This document shows positions 45,741 through 54,531 of a stretch of DNA of 64,000 nucleotides, one piece after another. The stretch is from Clostridia bacterium (GTDB lineage Bacteria; Bacillota; Clostridia; Oscillospirales; CAG-272), in the NCBI GenBank assembly GCA_017412045.1, contig JAFQOX010000128.1:29012-93011 (forward strand), written 5' to 3'. Both the position numbers and the translations under genes were made by a program. Each line of letters opens with the position of its first letter. Positions within the stretch are counted from its first letter, which is position 1. The notes under the pieces are model-generated. The model worked only from the letters and a program-made list of their open reading frames with translations. It was not told where the DNA came from and did not search any database.

Positions 45741-46070
45741 CATTTGGAGAGAATTTTTCTAACGAGAGTTGAAAACACTCCACGTTCGTGTCCGGGGCAA
45801 GCATAGTGCGCGGCAGTCCTCGCACAATCGTGCAGAAGCCCGAACCCGCTATCCGCAGAGGTATGACGTACAAAGGCTCCCTCCGGGAGGGAGCTGGCGC
45901 CGAAGGCGACTGAGGGAGAGCGCGTTACAATAAAGTTTATCAAAACTCCAAAGTCACGCAGGCTCCTTCCACCGCTATCGCGGTCCCTCTCGGAGAGAGG
46001 CTTTGGAAAGCTACCGTCAGTAGAAAAACACCGCCAAGGATTTCCTTGGAGGTGTTCGTGTTTTCTCCGC
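45741..46070. other. GC-rich, hairpin-dense noncoding element (candidate dispersed repeat or small RNA)
   Basis: no credible ORF; at least 5 short GC hairpins (e.g. 45876-45894, 45898-45908, 45986-46000, 45948/46001 closing stem); ends in a terminator-like hairpin. Confidence 0.45.
46024..46066. terminator. Terminator-like hairpin, usable on either strand
   Basis: aacacc-g-ccaagg / ccttgg-a-ggtgtt; A-run upstream, GTTTTCT downstream. Confidence 0.6.
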
Positions 46071-46168
46071 TAAAGATCATATCAGAGCTTCCGCCTTTTG
46101 CTTTTTTAATTAAGAGGAAAGAAACTGAAAAATATTATGAATTTCATATTTTATTTTTAATAAAGGTA

Positions 46169-46197
46169 TGGAAAAAGCAGAAAGTTTGTGATATAAT
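46169..46197 (+). promoter_or_regulatory. Candidate sigma-A promoter for lon
   Basis: TGGAAA (46169-46174) - 17 nt - TATAAT (46192-46197), TG-extended. Confidence 0.5.
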
Positions 46198-46318
46198 ATC
46201 AAAATAAGGTTTTCATCTCAATTTTGATAAACTGATTTTGCAGGATCGGATCCTGTAAAATGAATCATAGCAATCGGTTTGTTCCGATGAAACGGCGAAA
46301 GGAAAACACAAAGAGTTT

Positions 46319-48664
46319 ATGGTTACAACCGAATCCATCAAAAAGACGACGATGCCTTGCGCAATTATGCGCAATCTCGTCGCATTCCCCGGCATTCCCA
46401 TGACGATTGATATGGATAAGGGTCCGGCAAAGCGCATTTTTGAAAATGCCATCAAGGAAAATTATCCCGTATTCATCGTCTGTCAGAAGGATCCCATGAA
46501 GGAGGTCGGCGATATTGCCGACGTTTATTCCGTGGGCGTTACGGCTAAAATCAAACAGACCGTGAAAACGCAAAGCGGCGTTTTCCGCGTGATTGTAGAA
46601 CCTCTTGCGAGAGCGGTGATCACGGCTTTTACAGACGATAAATTGACCCATGCGGAGATTTACGAAAAAAATCAGGAGGATGAGGAATCCGAGCTTCGTT
46701 CCCGCGCGTTGCTCCGGGAAATCAAGGGCGTTATTCGTGATTTCATGAAATTCGCGCCTTCCTTTTCCAAAGAATTCTGGCTGCTGTTCGATACGATCCG
46801 CGATCTGGGTACGGCCTGCGACTTTGCCGCGGGTAATCTGATCCCCGAGCCGTGGGATAAGCAGGTTATCCTGGAGGAGTTCTCTCCTTGTGCGCGCGCG
46901 GTCAAGCTGCTGGATTTGCTGGAAGCGGAGCGCGCGGTTCTGGAAGAACGGTCCTATATTAAAAAAGAAGTTGACGAGCGCATGAAGAAAAATCAGAGAG
47001 ATTACTATCTGCGCGAACAATTGAGAGTCATTCACGAGGAGCTTGGAGAGGCGGACGAATACGACGATGACGATCTCCGCGAATACGCCGAGCGTCTGGA
47101 AAACGGCAGCTATCCCGAATCGGTGAAAACGGCCCTGACCAAAGAGATCAAGCGTCTCTCCCGTATCCCGTTCGGCTCTGCGGAAAATACGGTGCTCCGC
47201 AATTATATTGAGGTTTGTCTGGAGATCCCGTATCTGCTCCGTACGGAGGAGCGCCTGGATATTGCGGAGGTTCAGAAAATTCTGGACGACGATCACGAGG
47301 GCTTGACCAAGGTCAAGGAGAGAATCATCGAATATCTGGCGGCTCTGAAATTAAATCCGGATCTGCGCGGACAGATCATCTGTCTCGTCGGACCGCCCGG
47401 AACGGGTAAGACCTCCATCGCCATCTCGATCGCGAGGGCGACCAACCGCAAATTCGTCAGAGTGTCGCTCGGCGGCGTTCACGACGAATCGGAGATCCGC
47501 GGACACAGAAAAACGTACATAGGCGCCATGCCCGGACGCATCGTCAACGCTCTGATCGAAGCCAAGGCGAACAATCCGCTGATCCTGTTTGACGAGATCG
47601 ACAAAATGGCGCATGATATGCGCGGCGATCCCGCCTCCGCTATGCTGGAGGTTCTGGATCGTGAACAGAATAAGACGTTCCGCGATAATTTCGTGGAATT
47701 GCCGATCGACCTTTCCAACTGTATGTTCATTACGACGGCGAACAGTCTGGAAACGATTCAGCGCCCCCTGCTTGACCGTATGGAGATCATTGATCTCCAC
47801 GCATACACCCGACCCGAAAAATTCGCGATCGCCCGTCACCATCTGGTCTCCAAGCAAATGAAGAAGCACGGACTTCTGGCGCGTATGTTTAAAATGGACG
47901 ACGAAGCCATCTACGCCCTGATCGACTGTTATACCAAGGAGGCGGGCGTCAGAGGGCTGGAGCGCTGCATTGAAAAATGCTGCCGCCGCGCGGCGAAGCA
48001 GATCGCTTGCGAGGAAAGAAAGAGCGTGCGCGTGACCGTGAAGAATCTCGCTTCCTACGTCGGCGAACAGAAGCTGATTCGGGAGCACGTTTCCGAAACC
48101 AATGAAATCGGTATCGTGAACGGCATGGCGTGGACGGAGCTGGGCGGCGATCTTCTCCAGATCGAGGCGCTGGCGCTTCCCGGCACGGGAAAATTGGAAT
48201 TGACCGGTTCTCTCGGCGACGTCATGAAGGAATCCGCAAAGGCGGCGATCAGCTATATCAGAAGCCGTTCCGAGCAGTTGGGCATTGACGCCGATTTTTA
48301 TAAAAATAAGGATATTCACATTCACGTTCCGGAGGGCGCGGTTCCCAAGGACGGTCCCTCGGCGGGCGTGACCATGATCAGCGCGCTCGTCAGTGAACTG
48401 ACGGGGATCCCCGCCAGATCCGACGTCGCGATGACGGGCGAAATTTCCCTGCACGGCAAGGTCATGGCGATCGGCGGTCTCCGCGAAAAGACGATGGCGG
48501 CGTATCTCGCCGGCGTACGCACGATTATCATTCCCAAGGATAACGAAAAGGATATCGCCGAGCTTGCTGACGAAGTCAAGGAAAACGTGACGATCCTTCC
48601 CGTACAAAGAGCAGAAGAGGTCCTTGCGATCGTTCTGGAAAGAAATCCTTTTGAAAAGGCGTAA
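46319..48664 (+). CDS. lon: ATP-dependent protease La (LonA)
   Basis: 781 aa; Walker A 'GPPGTGKTS', 'DEIDK', protease 'PKDGPSAGV' Ser site. Confidence 0.97.
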   Translation: MVTTESIKKTTMPCAIMRNLVAFPGIPMTIDMDKGPAKRIFENAIKENYPVFIVCQKDPMKEVGDIADVYSVGVTAKIKQTVKTQSGVFRVIVEPLARAVITAFTDDKLTHAEIYEKNQEDEESELRSRALLREIKGVIRDFMKFAPSFSKEFWLLFDTIRDLGTACDFAAGNLIPEPWDKQVILEEFSPCARAVKLLDLLEAERAVLEERSYIKKEVDERMKKNQRDYYLREQLRVIHEELGEADEYDDDDLREYAERLENGSYPESVKTALTKEIKRLSRIPFGSAENTVLRNYIEVCLEIPYLLRTEERLDIAEVQKILDDDHEGLTKVKERIIEYLAALKLNPDLRGQIICLVGPPGTGKTSIAISIARATNRKFVRVSLGGVHDESEIRGHRKTYIGAMPGRIVNALIEAKANNPLILFDEIDKMAHDMRGDPASAMLEVLDREQNKTFRDNFVELPIDLSNCMFITTANSLETIQRPLLDRMEIIDLHAYTRPEKFAIARHHLVSKQMKKHGLLARMFKMDDEAIYALIDCYTKEAGVRGLERCIEKCCRRAAKQIACEERKSVRVTVKNLASYVGEQKLIREHVSETNEIGIVNGMAWTELGGDLLQIEALALPGTGKLELTGSLGDVMKESAKAAISYIRSRSEQLGIDADFYKNKDIHIHVPEGAVPKDGPSAGVTMISALVSELTGIPARSDVAMTGEISLHGKVMAIGGLREKTMAAYLAGVRTIIIPKDNEKDIAELADEVKENVTILPVQRAEEVLAIVLERNPFEKA

Positions 48665-48678
48665 GGGAGGAAACCATC

Positions 48679-49293
48679 ATGTTGAATATGCAAAACGTCG
48701 TTCTGAAAATGACGGCGGGCAGAAAAGATCAGTTTCCCCGCGACGGCAAGCCTCAGATCGCGCTTTCGGGGCGCTCCAACGTGGGAAAAAGCTCGCTGAT
48801 CAATACCCTGCTCGGCAGAAAAAGCTTTGCCCGCACGAGCGCGCAGCCGGGCAAGACCATCACGATCAACTTTTACGAGGTGGACAAAAAGCTCTATCTC
48901 GTTGACCTTCCGGGCTACGGATATGCCAGACGCTCCGCGGATTCCAAGCGCGTCTGGGCAAGCCTCACCAATGATTATCTGGAATCCGGCAATATGCAAA
49001 CGGTCCTTCAGCTGATTGATCTGAAGGTAGGTCCCACAGAGGACGATTACATGATGATCGAATGGCTGAATGCCAATCAAGTCCCCTACGTTGTCGTCGC
49101 TACGAAGGCAGACAAATTGAATACAACGACGAGAAATGCGAATTTTAACGCGCTCGTTGACCATCCGCTTCTGAACCCGCCTTATGCGGATGAGAAGATT
49201 CGCGTGATCATGTTTTCCGCGCAGACGGGTATGGGAAAAAACGACCTCCTCGCCATTCTTTCCGAGAATCTGAATAACGGTAAGAAAGGATGA
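48679..49293 (+). CDS. engB: Ribosome biogenesis GTPase EngB/YsxC
   Basis: 204 aa; 'GRSNVGKSSLIN', 'DLPGYG', 'TKADK'; classic lon-engB adjacency. Confidence 0.95.
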   Translation: MLNMQNVVLKMTAGRKDQFPRDGKPQIALSGRSNVGKSSLINTLLGRKSFARTSAQPGKTITINFYEVDKKLYLVDLPGYGYARRSADSKRVWASLTNDYLESGNMQTVLQLIDLKVGPTEDDYMMIEWLNANQVPYVVVATKADKLNTTTRNANFNALVDHPLLNPPYADEKIRVIMFSAQTGMGKNDLLAILSENLNNGKKG

Positions 49294-49300
49294 TTTGATC

Positions 49301-50035
49301 ATGAATTTCAATGCGATTGACATCGTATCCCTTTTGATGATGATCCCCTGCGTGCTTCTGACCCTTGCGGTCCACGAATGCGCGCACGGATGGATGTCCT
49401 ATCAGCTCGGAGACCCGACGGCAAGAAACCTCGGCAGACTGACGCTCAACCCCATCAAGCATATCGATCCGATCGGATTTCTCTGCATGGTGATTTTTCG
49501 CTTCGGTTGGGCGAAGCCCGTTCCCGTCAACGCGCGCTATTACAAAAAGCCCAGACGCGATATGGCTCTGGTGGCGGCGGCGGGTCCCATATCCAATCTG
49601 ATCATGATGGTGATCGGAATGCTGCTTCTGTATTTTTCCTATTTTATTTATGAAGCGTTGCCCGGTCCCGCTTATTCCTTCGGCTATTTCAGCCATCTGA
49701 TGGATTTTCAGTCCGGCTTGCCGTTTCCTGAGGAAGCAGGCGCAAAAATCATGTTTCTGTGGTTTATGTTTCTGATGAATTTCACGATTCTGAACGCAAG
49801 CCTTGCCGTTTTCAATCTTCTTCCGATCCCTCCGTTAGACGGCTCCCGTATCGCTTTTATCTTCCTGCCCGTAAAATTTTATTTCGGCATCATGCGCTAC
49901 GAGAGAATCATTCAGTTCGCTATGTTCGCGCTGCTCTGGATCGGCGTGTTTGACGGCATTCTTCTGACCGTGACGGGCGCCATTCTGAACGGTACGCAGT
50001 GGCTTGTGGAACTGATACCCATTTTTCGGTTTTGA
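49301..50035 (+). CDS. M50-family site-2 metalloprotease
   Basis: 'HECAHGW' HExxH in a TM helix and 'NLLPIPPLDGSRI'; ATG 49301 (TTG 49295 possible). Confidence 0.9.
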   Translation: MNFNAIDIVSLLMMIPCVLLTLAVHECAHGWMSYQLGDPTARNLGRLTLNPIKHIDPIGFLCMVIFRFGWAKPVPVNARYYKKPRRDMALVAAAGPISNLIMMVIGMLLLYFSYFIYEALPGPAYSFGYFSHLMDFQSGLPFPEEAGAKIMFLWFMFLMNFTILNASLAVFNLLPIPPLDGSRIAFIFLPVKFYFGIMRYERIIQFAMFALLWIGVFDGILLTVTGAILNGTQWLVELIPIFRF

Positions 50036-50059
50036 CTTCAGATAAAATCGGCGATAGCC

Positions 50060-50818
50060 GTGGAGGCGTTTTTGGGACAGCTTGTTTTTAAAATTGAAGT
50101 ATACGAGGGACCCTTGGATCTCCTGCTTTCTTTGATCGCCAAGCACAAGATGGACATCAAGGATATCAAGATCTCTTTGATCTTCGAGCAGTACATGGCG
50201 TACGTGGAAACCCTGCAACGCATGGATATGGAGGTCGCGGGAGAATTTATCACCATGGCTTCGGAGCTTATGCTGATCAAAAGCAAAATGCTCCTGCCCC
50301 GACAGGAAAAGGACCCCAGAGCCGAGCTCGTACGCGCTTTGATGGAATACAAAAGCGCAAAGGAAGCGGCGAAATGGCTTTCCGGGCAGGAAAGAAATTA
50401 CGCGGGAAGATTTGAGAAGGACACGGATGAAATCCGCGCGGATCGGGAAATGCCGGATCCGATGGACGTCCATATCCTTTCCAAGGCGCTGGAGCGTATG
50501 CTTCTGCGTATGGGGGAACGGCGGGAGGAGAAGCGTGATGATCCGATTGAAGCCATACATCCGATCATCAAAAAGCAGATCGTCCCCGTTTCCGTCAAGG
50601 TCGTTTCCGTTCTTCGTTTTATGCATCGGAGAGGAACGGCGCATTTTGAAGAGCTTTTTGAGAAGGCACAGAGCCGCTCGGAGATCATTGCGATCTTTTA
50701 CGCGACGCTGGAGCTTCTCAAGGCTGGCCGTATTTCGTTAATGAAAACGGTCGGAGATATTACCAATTCCAATGTGATACTGGAATTCAAAACGTATCAC
50801 AATCGGGAAAAAACGTAA
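50060..50818 (+). CDS. scpA: Segregation and condensation protein A
   Basis: 252 aa, GTG start; 'YEGPLDLLLSLIAKHKMDIKDIKISLIFEQYMAY'. Confidence 0.93.
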   Translation: MEAFLGQLVFKIEVYEGPLDLLLSLIAKHKMDIKDIKISLIFEQYMAYVETLQRMDMEVAGEFITMASELMLIKSKMLLPRQEKDPRAELVRALMEYKSAKEAAKWLSGQERNYAGRFEKDTDEIRADREMPDPMDVHILSKALERMLLRMGERREEKRDDPIEAIHPIIKKQIVPVSVKVVSVLRFMHRRGTAHFEELFEKAQSRSEIIAIFYATLELLKAGRISLMKTVGDITNSNVILEFKTYHNREKT

Positions 50819-50905
50819 CGTGAAACTTCCGGATCATTCTGCCGTGTGACGTAAGTATCAATGATTTTGCCTTTTTCCCACAAAATACTGAAGAAAGGAA
50901 AAGTT

Positions 50906-51457
50906 ATGGACGAGGAAAAAATTCTGACCCTTGAGGAAAAGAAACGGATTCTTGAGGCTGTCTTATTCGCCGCCGGTCATCCCGTAACCTACAGCAAGCT
51001 TTCTGAGGTGATCGGGATCAGCGAAAAAGAAGCCGCCGATCTTGCCGCGGAATACGCGGCGGAATACGAAGCCTGCGGACTTCCGAGAGGGATTCAGCTT
51101 TTACAGCTTGGAAATGCTTGTCAGATCGTCACAAAGGAAGTGTTTGCTCCCTACGTCAAGGCGGCGCTCGGTGTCAGGGACGGCGGCAATTTGTCGAAGG
51201 CTTCGCTGGAGACGCTTGCCGTGATTGCCTACAATCAGCCGGTGACGCGCGCCTATATCGATCAGGTCCGCGGCGTTGACAGCGCATATTCCATCGGTGT
51301 TCTGACAGACCGTGAGCTGATCACGGAAATGGGTCGTATGGACGTGCCGGGCAGACCCCGTCTTTACGGCACGACGGAAGTGTTCCTTCGCGTATTCGGG
51401 CTTTCGGATATTTCGGAATTGCCTCCACTGGCGCTTGCCGGCGGTGAAGGCGTATGA
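50906..51457 (+). CDS. scpB: Segregation and condensation protein B
   Basis: start ATG 50906 (MDEEKILTLEEKKRILEAVLFAAGHPV); 'LETLAVIAYNQPVTRAYIDQVRGV'. Confidence 0.93.
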   Translation: MDEEKILTLEEKKRILEAVLFAAGHPVTYSKLSEVIGISEKEAADLAAEYAAEYEACGLPRGIQLLQLGNACQIVTKEVFAPYVKAALGVRDGGNLSKASLETLAVIAYNQPVTRAYIDQVRGVDSAYSIGVLTDRELITEMGRMDVPGRPRLYGTTEVFLRVFGLSDISELPPLALAGGEGV

Positions 51458-52011
51458 CGGGACTCTGGATTACGCTTGGTATTTTTCTTTTCTTTTTCTT
51501 TATTTTCATCATTCCGATACACGTAACGGTGGGGCTTACGGAAAGCGTCAGCGTTATGGTGCGGGTTCTTTTTCTGAAAATCCCGATTTTGCCGGCGAAA
51601 AAAAAGAAGAAAAAGAAAAAAGTTTCCGACATCGTAGCGCTGGTTCGTATGCTTTTGAACGTGCTCGTCGCCTTGCTAAAAAGGCTTGGACGCAATTTCA
51701 AGATACGCGTTTATGCTTACGAAATCTGCGTTGCTTCCGAGGAGGCGGCAAAAACGGCAGTGATGTACGGCGCGGTCAAGAGCCTTTCGGAAACCATCTT
51801 TCTTCGGTTGCAGGACTCCATCAATTTTAAGATTGTAAAAAAAGCGCCTGTGGGCATATACGTGAATTTCCTGGAAGAGAAATTCAAAGCGAACGTCAAA
51901 ATCGACTTCAGCATCAGCATTGCGGGCGTGTTCGGCATTCTTTTCGCAGCGATCGGTGAATTTATCAGATCGTTTATTAAAATGTCATTCAGTAAAAATA
52001 AAAACGGCTAA
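51454..52011 (+). CDS. DUF2953-like membrane protein
   Basis: 185 aa; N-terminal TM, K8 run, 4-nt overlap with scpB; usual partner of ytfJ in sporeformers (from memory). Confidence 0.7.
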   Translation: MTGLWITLGIFLFFFFIFIIPIHVTVGLTESVSVMVRVLFLKIPILPAKKKKKKKKVSDIVALVRMLLNVLVALLKRLGRNFKIRVYAYEICVASEEAAKTAVMYGAVKSLSETIFLRLQDSINFKIVKKAPVGIYVNFLEEKFKANVKIDFSISIAGVFGILFAAIGEFIRSFIKMSFSKNKNG

Positions 52012-52031
52012 AGCCGGAAAGGAAATACATT

Positions 52032-52547
52032 ATGGATACTCAGAAAAACGTACCTAACAACAAATTGAACGAGCTGGTAGACACGGCTCTCGACAACCTC
52101 CGCGGTCTCGTAAACGCCGATACCGTGATCGGACAGCCGATCGTAACCGCTTCCGGAACGACGGTCATCCCCGTTTCCAAGGTTTCCGTCGGCATTGCGG
52201 GCGGCGGCAACGATTACAGCCAGAAGGCGGAATCCAACGGCAAGGTAAACTTCAGCGGCGGCGGCGGCACGGGTCTCACTATGATCCCCCTGGCATTCCT
52301 CGTCGTTTCTCCGGATGGCTCCGTAGAGCTTCTCAATATCGCAAATCCGACCGGCAAGAAAGGCTCTGAGGCTGCGGCTAAGCCTGCTTCCGATCTCGGC
52401 TCCGCGATTGAGACCGTTCTGGACAAGGGCCCCGATGCCATCAGCAAGATCAAGGATATCTTCACCAAGAAAAAGACGGATGAGCCCGCAAGCGATGCGG
52501 CAGAGGGTGTAGAGATCGTTGAATCCGCAGACGAGACGGCGCAATAA
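52032..52547 (+). CDS. ytfJ: GerW/YtfJ-family sporulation protein
   Basis: 171 aa; 'VIGQPIVTASGTTVIPVSKVSVGIAGGG...GGGGTGLTMIPLAFLVV'. Confidence 0.88.
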   Translation: MDTQKNVPNNKLNELVDTALDNLRGLVNADTVIGQPIVTASGTTVIPVSKVSVGIAGGGNDYSQKAESNGKVNFSGGGGTGLTMIPLAFLVVSPDGSVELLNIANPTGKKGSEAAAKPASDLGSAIETVLDKGPDAISKIKDIFTKKKTDEPASDAAEGVEIVESADETAQ

Positions 52548-52575
52548 TTATAATTAAATCACCATTTGCGTATAG

Positions 52576-52633
52576 AATTCCTGCTTTTTTCATATATGTA
52601 TAAGCATATGATATATGAATAAAGGCAGGAATT
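52576..52633 (+). promoter_or_regulatory. Nested inverted repeat overlapping the carboxypeptidase RBS
   Basis: outer aattcctgc (52576-84)/gcaggaatt (52625-33); inner ttcatatat (52589-97)/atatatgaa (52611-19); ATG at 52638. Confidence 0.5.
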
Positions 52634-52637
52634 TAAA

Positions 52638-53765
52638 ATGAAAAAAACGGCGTTTTTTTTAATAACGGTATTTTTGGCGCAATTCTTTTTTGCGTTTCCC
52701 GTATCGGCATCGCCTGTCATATCGGCAAAAAGCGCGGTCGTGATCGATGCCGATTCCGGAAAAATACTGTATGAGCGGGACGCGCATACGCGAAGAGGAA
52801 TGGCAAGCACCACGAAAATCATGACGGCGCTGGTCGCGCTTGAAAACGCGCCCACGGATATGCTCGTGACGGTTGATCCTCGCGCGTGCGGCGTGGAGGG
52901 CTCTTCGGTCTACCTTTTTGAAGGAGAGCAGATCACGATGGAAACGCTTTTGTATGCGCTCATGCTTCAGAGCGCCAACGATGCGGCGGAGGCGATCGCC
53001 TATGCCGTCGCGGGGAGTATTGAGGGCTTTGCCGACCTGATGAACCGAAAGGCGGATGAATTGGGCTTGACCGCGACGCATTTTGAAAATCCGCACGGTC
53101 TGGACGGTGAGACTCATTATACCACGGCGTACGAGCTTGCTCTGATTGCGGCGTGCGCCATGCAAAATGAAGCGTTCCGGGAGATCGTTTCCACGGTAAA
53201 AAAGACCGTCCCCTTGCATAACGGGGAAGCCTCCCGTTTGCTGGTCAATCACAACCGTCTGCTGCGGGAATACGACGATATCATAGGAGTCAAAACCGGT
53301 TATACGAAAAAATGCGGCAGAACGCTCGTGTCCGCGGCGGAGCAAAACGGAATACGGCTGATCTGCGTGACACTGGACGACGGCAACGACTGGGCGGATC
53401 ACCGCGCGCTTCTGGATCTGGGCTTTTCTCTTTACGGAGAGGTTTCGTTATCGGATCCCATTTCGTATGAGGTGCCCGTCTGCGGCGGTACTGCTCCCTC
53501 GGTCTGCGTGCGGATGCGGGAGCATCCGACGGCGATCTTGCCACAATGCCACGGCAGTATTTCTGCGGTGACGGAAATGCCCCGATTCTTATACGCGGGT
53601 GTTTGCGAAGGCGACGTCGTCGGCAGAGTCGTTTTTTATGCGGACGGCATTGCGGTCGGAGAAGCGCTTTTATACGCGGAAAATACCGTGCCGATCGCTG
53701 AAAAAGAAAAAAGCTTTTGGAAAAAATTTTTTTCGTTTTTAAGGGAACGAAAAAGGGAATTATAA
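52638..53765 (+). CDS. D-alanyl-D-alanine carboxypeptidase (S11, DacB/DacF-like)
   Basis: 375 aa; signal peptide; 'MASTTKIMT' SxxK, 'SAND' SxN, 'KTGYT' KTG. Confidence 0.93.
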   Translation: MKKTAFFLITVFLAQFFFAFPVSASPVISAKSAVVIDADSGKILYERDAHTRRGMASTTKIMTALVALENAPTDMLVTVDPRACGVEGSSVYLFEGEQITMETLLYALMLQSANDAAEAIAYAVAGSIEGFADLMNRKADELGLTATHFENPHGLDGETHYTTAYELALIAACAMQNEAFREIVSTVKKTVPLHNGEASRLLVNHNRLLREYDDIIGVKTGYTKKCGRTLVSAAEQNGIRLICVTLDDGNDWADHRALLDLGFSLYGEVSLSDPISYEVPVCGGTAPSVCVRMREHPTAILPQCHGSISAVTEMPRFLYAGVCEGDVVGRVVFYADGIAVGEALLYAENTVPIAEKEKSFWKKFFSFLRERKREL

Positions 53766-53787
53766 AATGTAAAGGAATGTTTTGACG

Positions 53788-54498
53788 ATGGAAGAAATGC
53801 GTCTTCAAAAATTTCTCTCCGAGCAGGGCGTATTATCCAGACGCGCGGCAGAGGAAGAGATCAAAAAAGGAAAAGTGAAGGTAAACGGCATACCTGCCGA
53901 ATTGGGAACGAAAATCGATCCCGATACGGACGTCGTGGAATACAAAGGAAAACGAATCGGCGGCGTTGTGCGGAAGGTCTATCTTATGCTCAATAAGCCC
54001 GTCGGCTACGTGACGACGATGAGCGACGAGAAGGGCCGTCCCTGCGTGGCGGAGCTGGTGGAAAACGTCGGAACCCGCGTATATCCGATCGGCAGATTGG
54101 ATCTGGAATCGGAGGGACTCCTGCTTTTTACCAACGACGGCGAGCTTGCTAACCGCCTCATGCACCCGAAGTATCACAAGCCGAAGGTTTATCACGTCAA
54201 GATCCGCGGCGAGGTCGAAGCGGAAAAAATCGAGGCGCTCGGCCGTCCGATGGTGATAGACGGATACCGTACGAAGCCCGCGGGTATCTCCGTGATCACG
54301 AGAAAACAGGATTATACCGTGCTTGCGATGGAGCTTTTTGAAGGCAGAAACCGTCAGATCCGAAAAATGTGCGAGCAATTGTCCCTGCATATTCTGACGC
54401 TGAAACGCATTTCGATCGGAGAGGTCAAATTGGGCAATCTGGCGCTTGGAGAATGGCGCTATCTGACGAAAGCGCAGATAGAGTCCTTGAAGCAGTGA
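53788..54498 (+). CDS. RsuA/RluB-family pseudouridine synthase
   Basis: S4 domain 'MRLQKFLSEQGVLSRRAAEE'; 'GRLDLESEGLLLFTNDG' catalytic Asp; start uncertain among 53782/53788/53797. Confidence 0.9.
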   Translation: MEEMRLQKFLSEQGVLSRRAAEEEIKKGKVKVNGIPAELGTKIDPDTDVVEYKGKRIGGVVRKVYLMLNKPVGYVTTMSDEKGRPCVAELVENVGTRVYPIGRLDLESEGLLLFTNDGELANRLMHPKYHKPKVYHVKIRGEVEAEKIEALGRPMVIDGYRTKPAGISVITRKQDYTVLAMELFEGRNRQIRKMCEQLSLHILTLKRISIGEVKLGNLALGEWRYLTKAQIESLKQ

Positions 54499-54531
54499 GC
54501 GCGGAAAGGCTTTGGGAAAGGAACTGCCATC

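Noticed and set aside
45740-45943. 67-aa minus-strand ORF (MINFIVTRSPSVAFGASSLPEGAF...) in the ORF track.
   Set aside because: It has no RBS, lies entirely within the GC-rich hairpin element, has low-complexity composition and is read through stem-loops. It is most likely a by-product of the repeat or structured sequence.
46137-46160. 7-codon ORF MNFIFYF downstream of AAGAGGAAAG, considered as a leader peptide or as a pheromone for the nearby XRE-TPR regulator.
   Set aside because: The RBS spacing is long (about 16 nt), it is far too short for an exported pheromone precursor, the sequence is A/T-rich where such ORFs arise by chance, and I could not check conservation.
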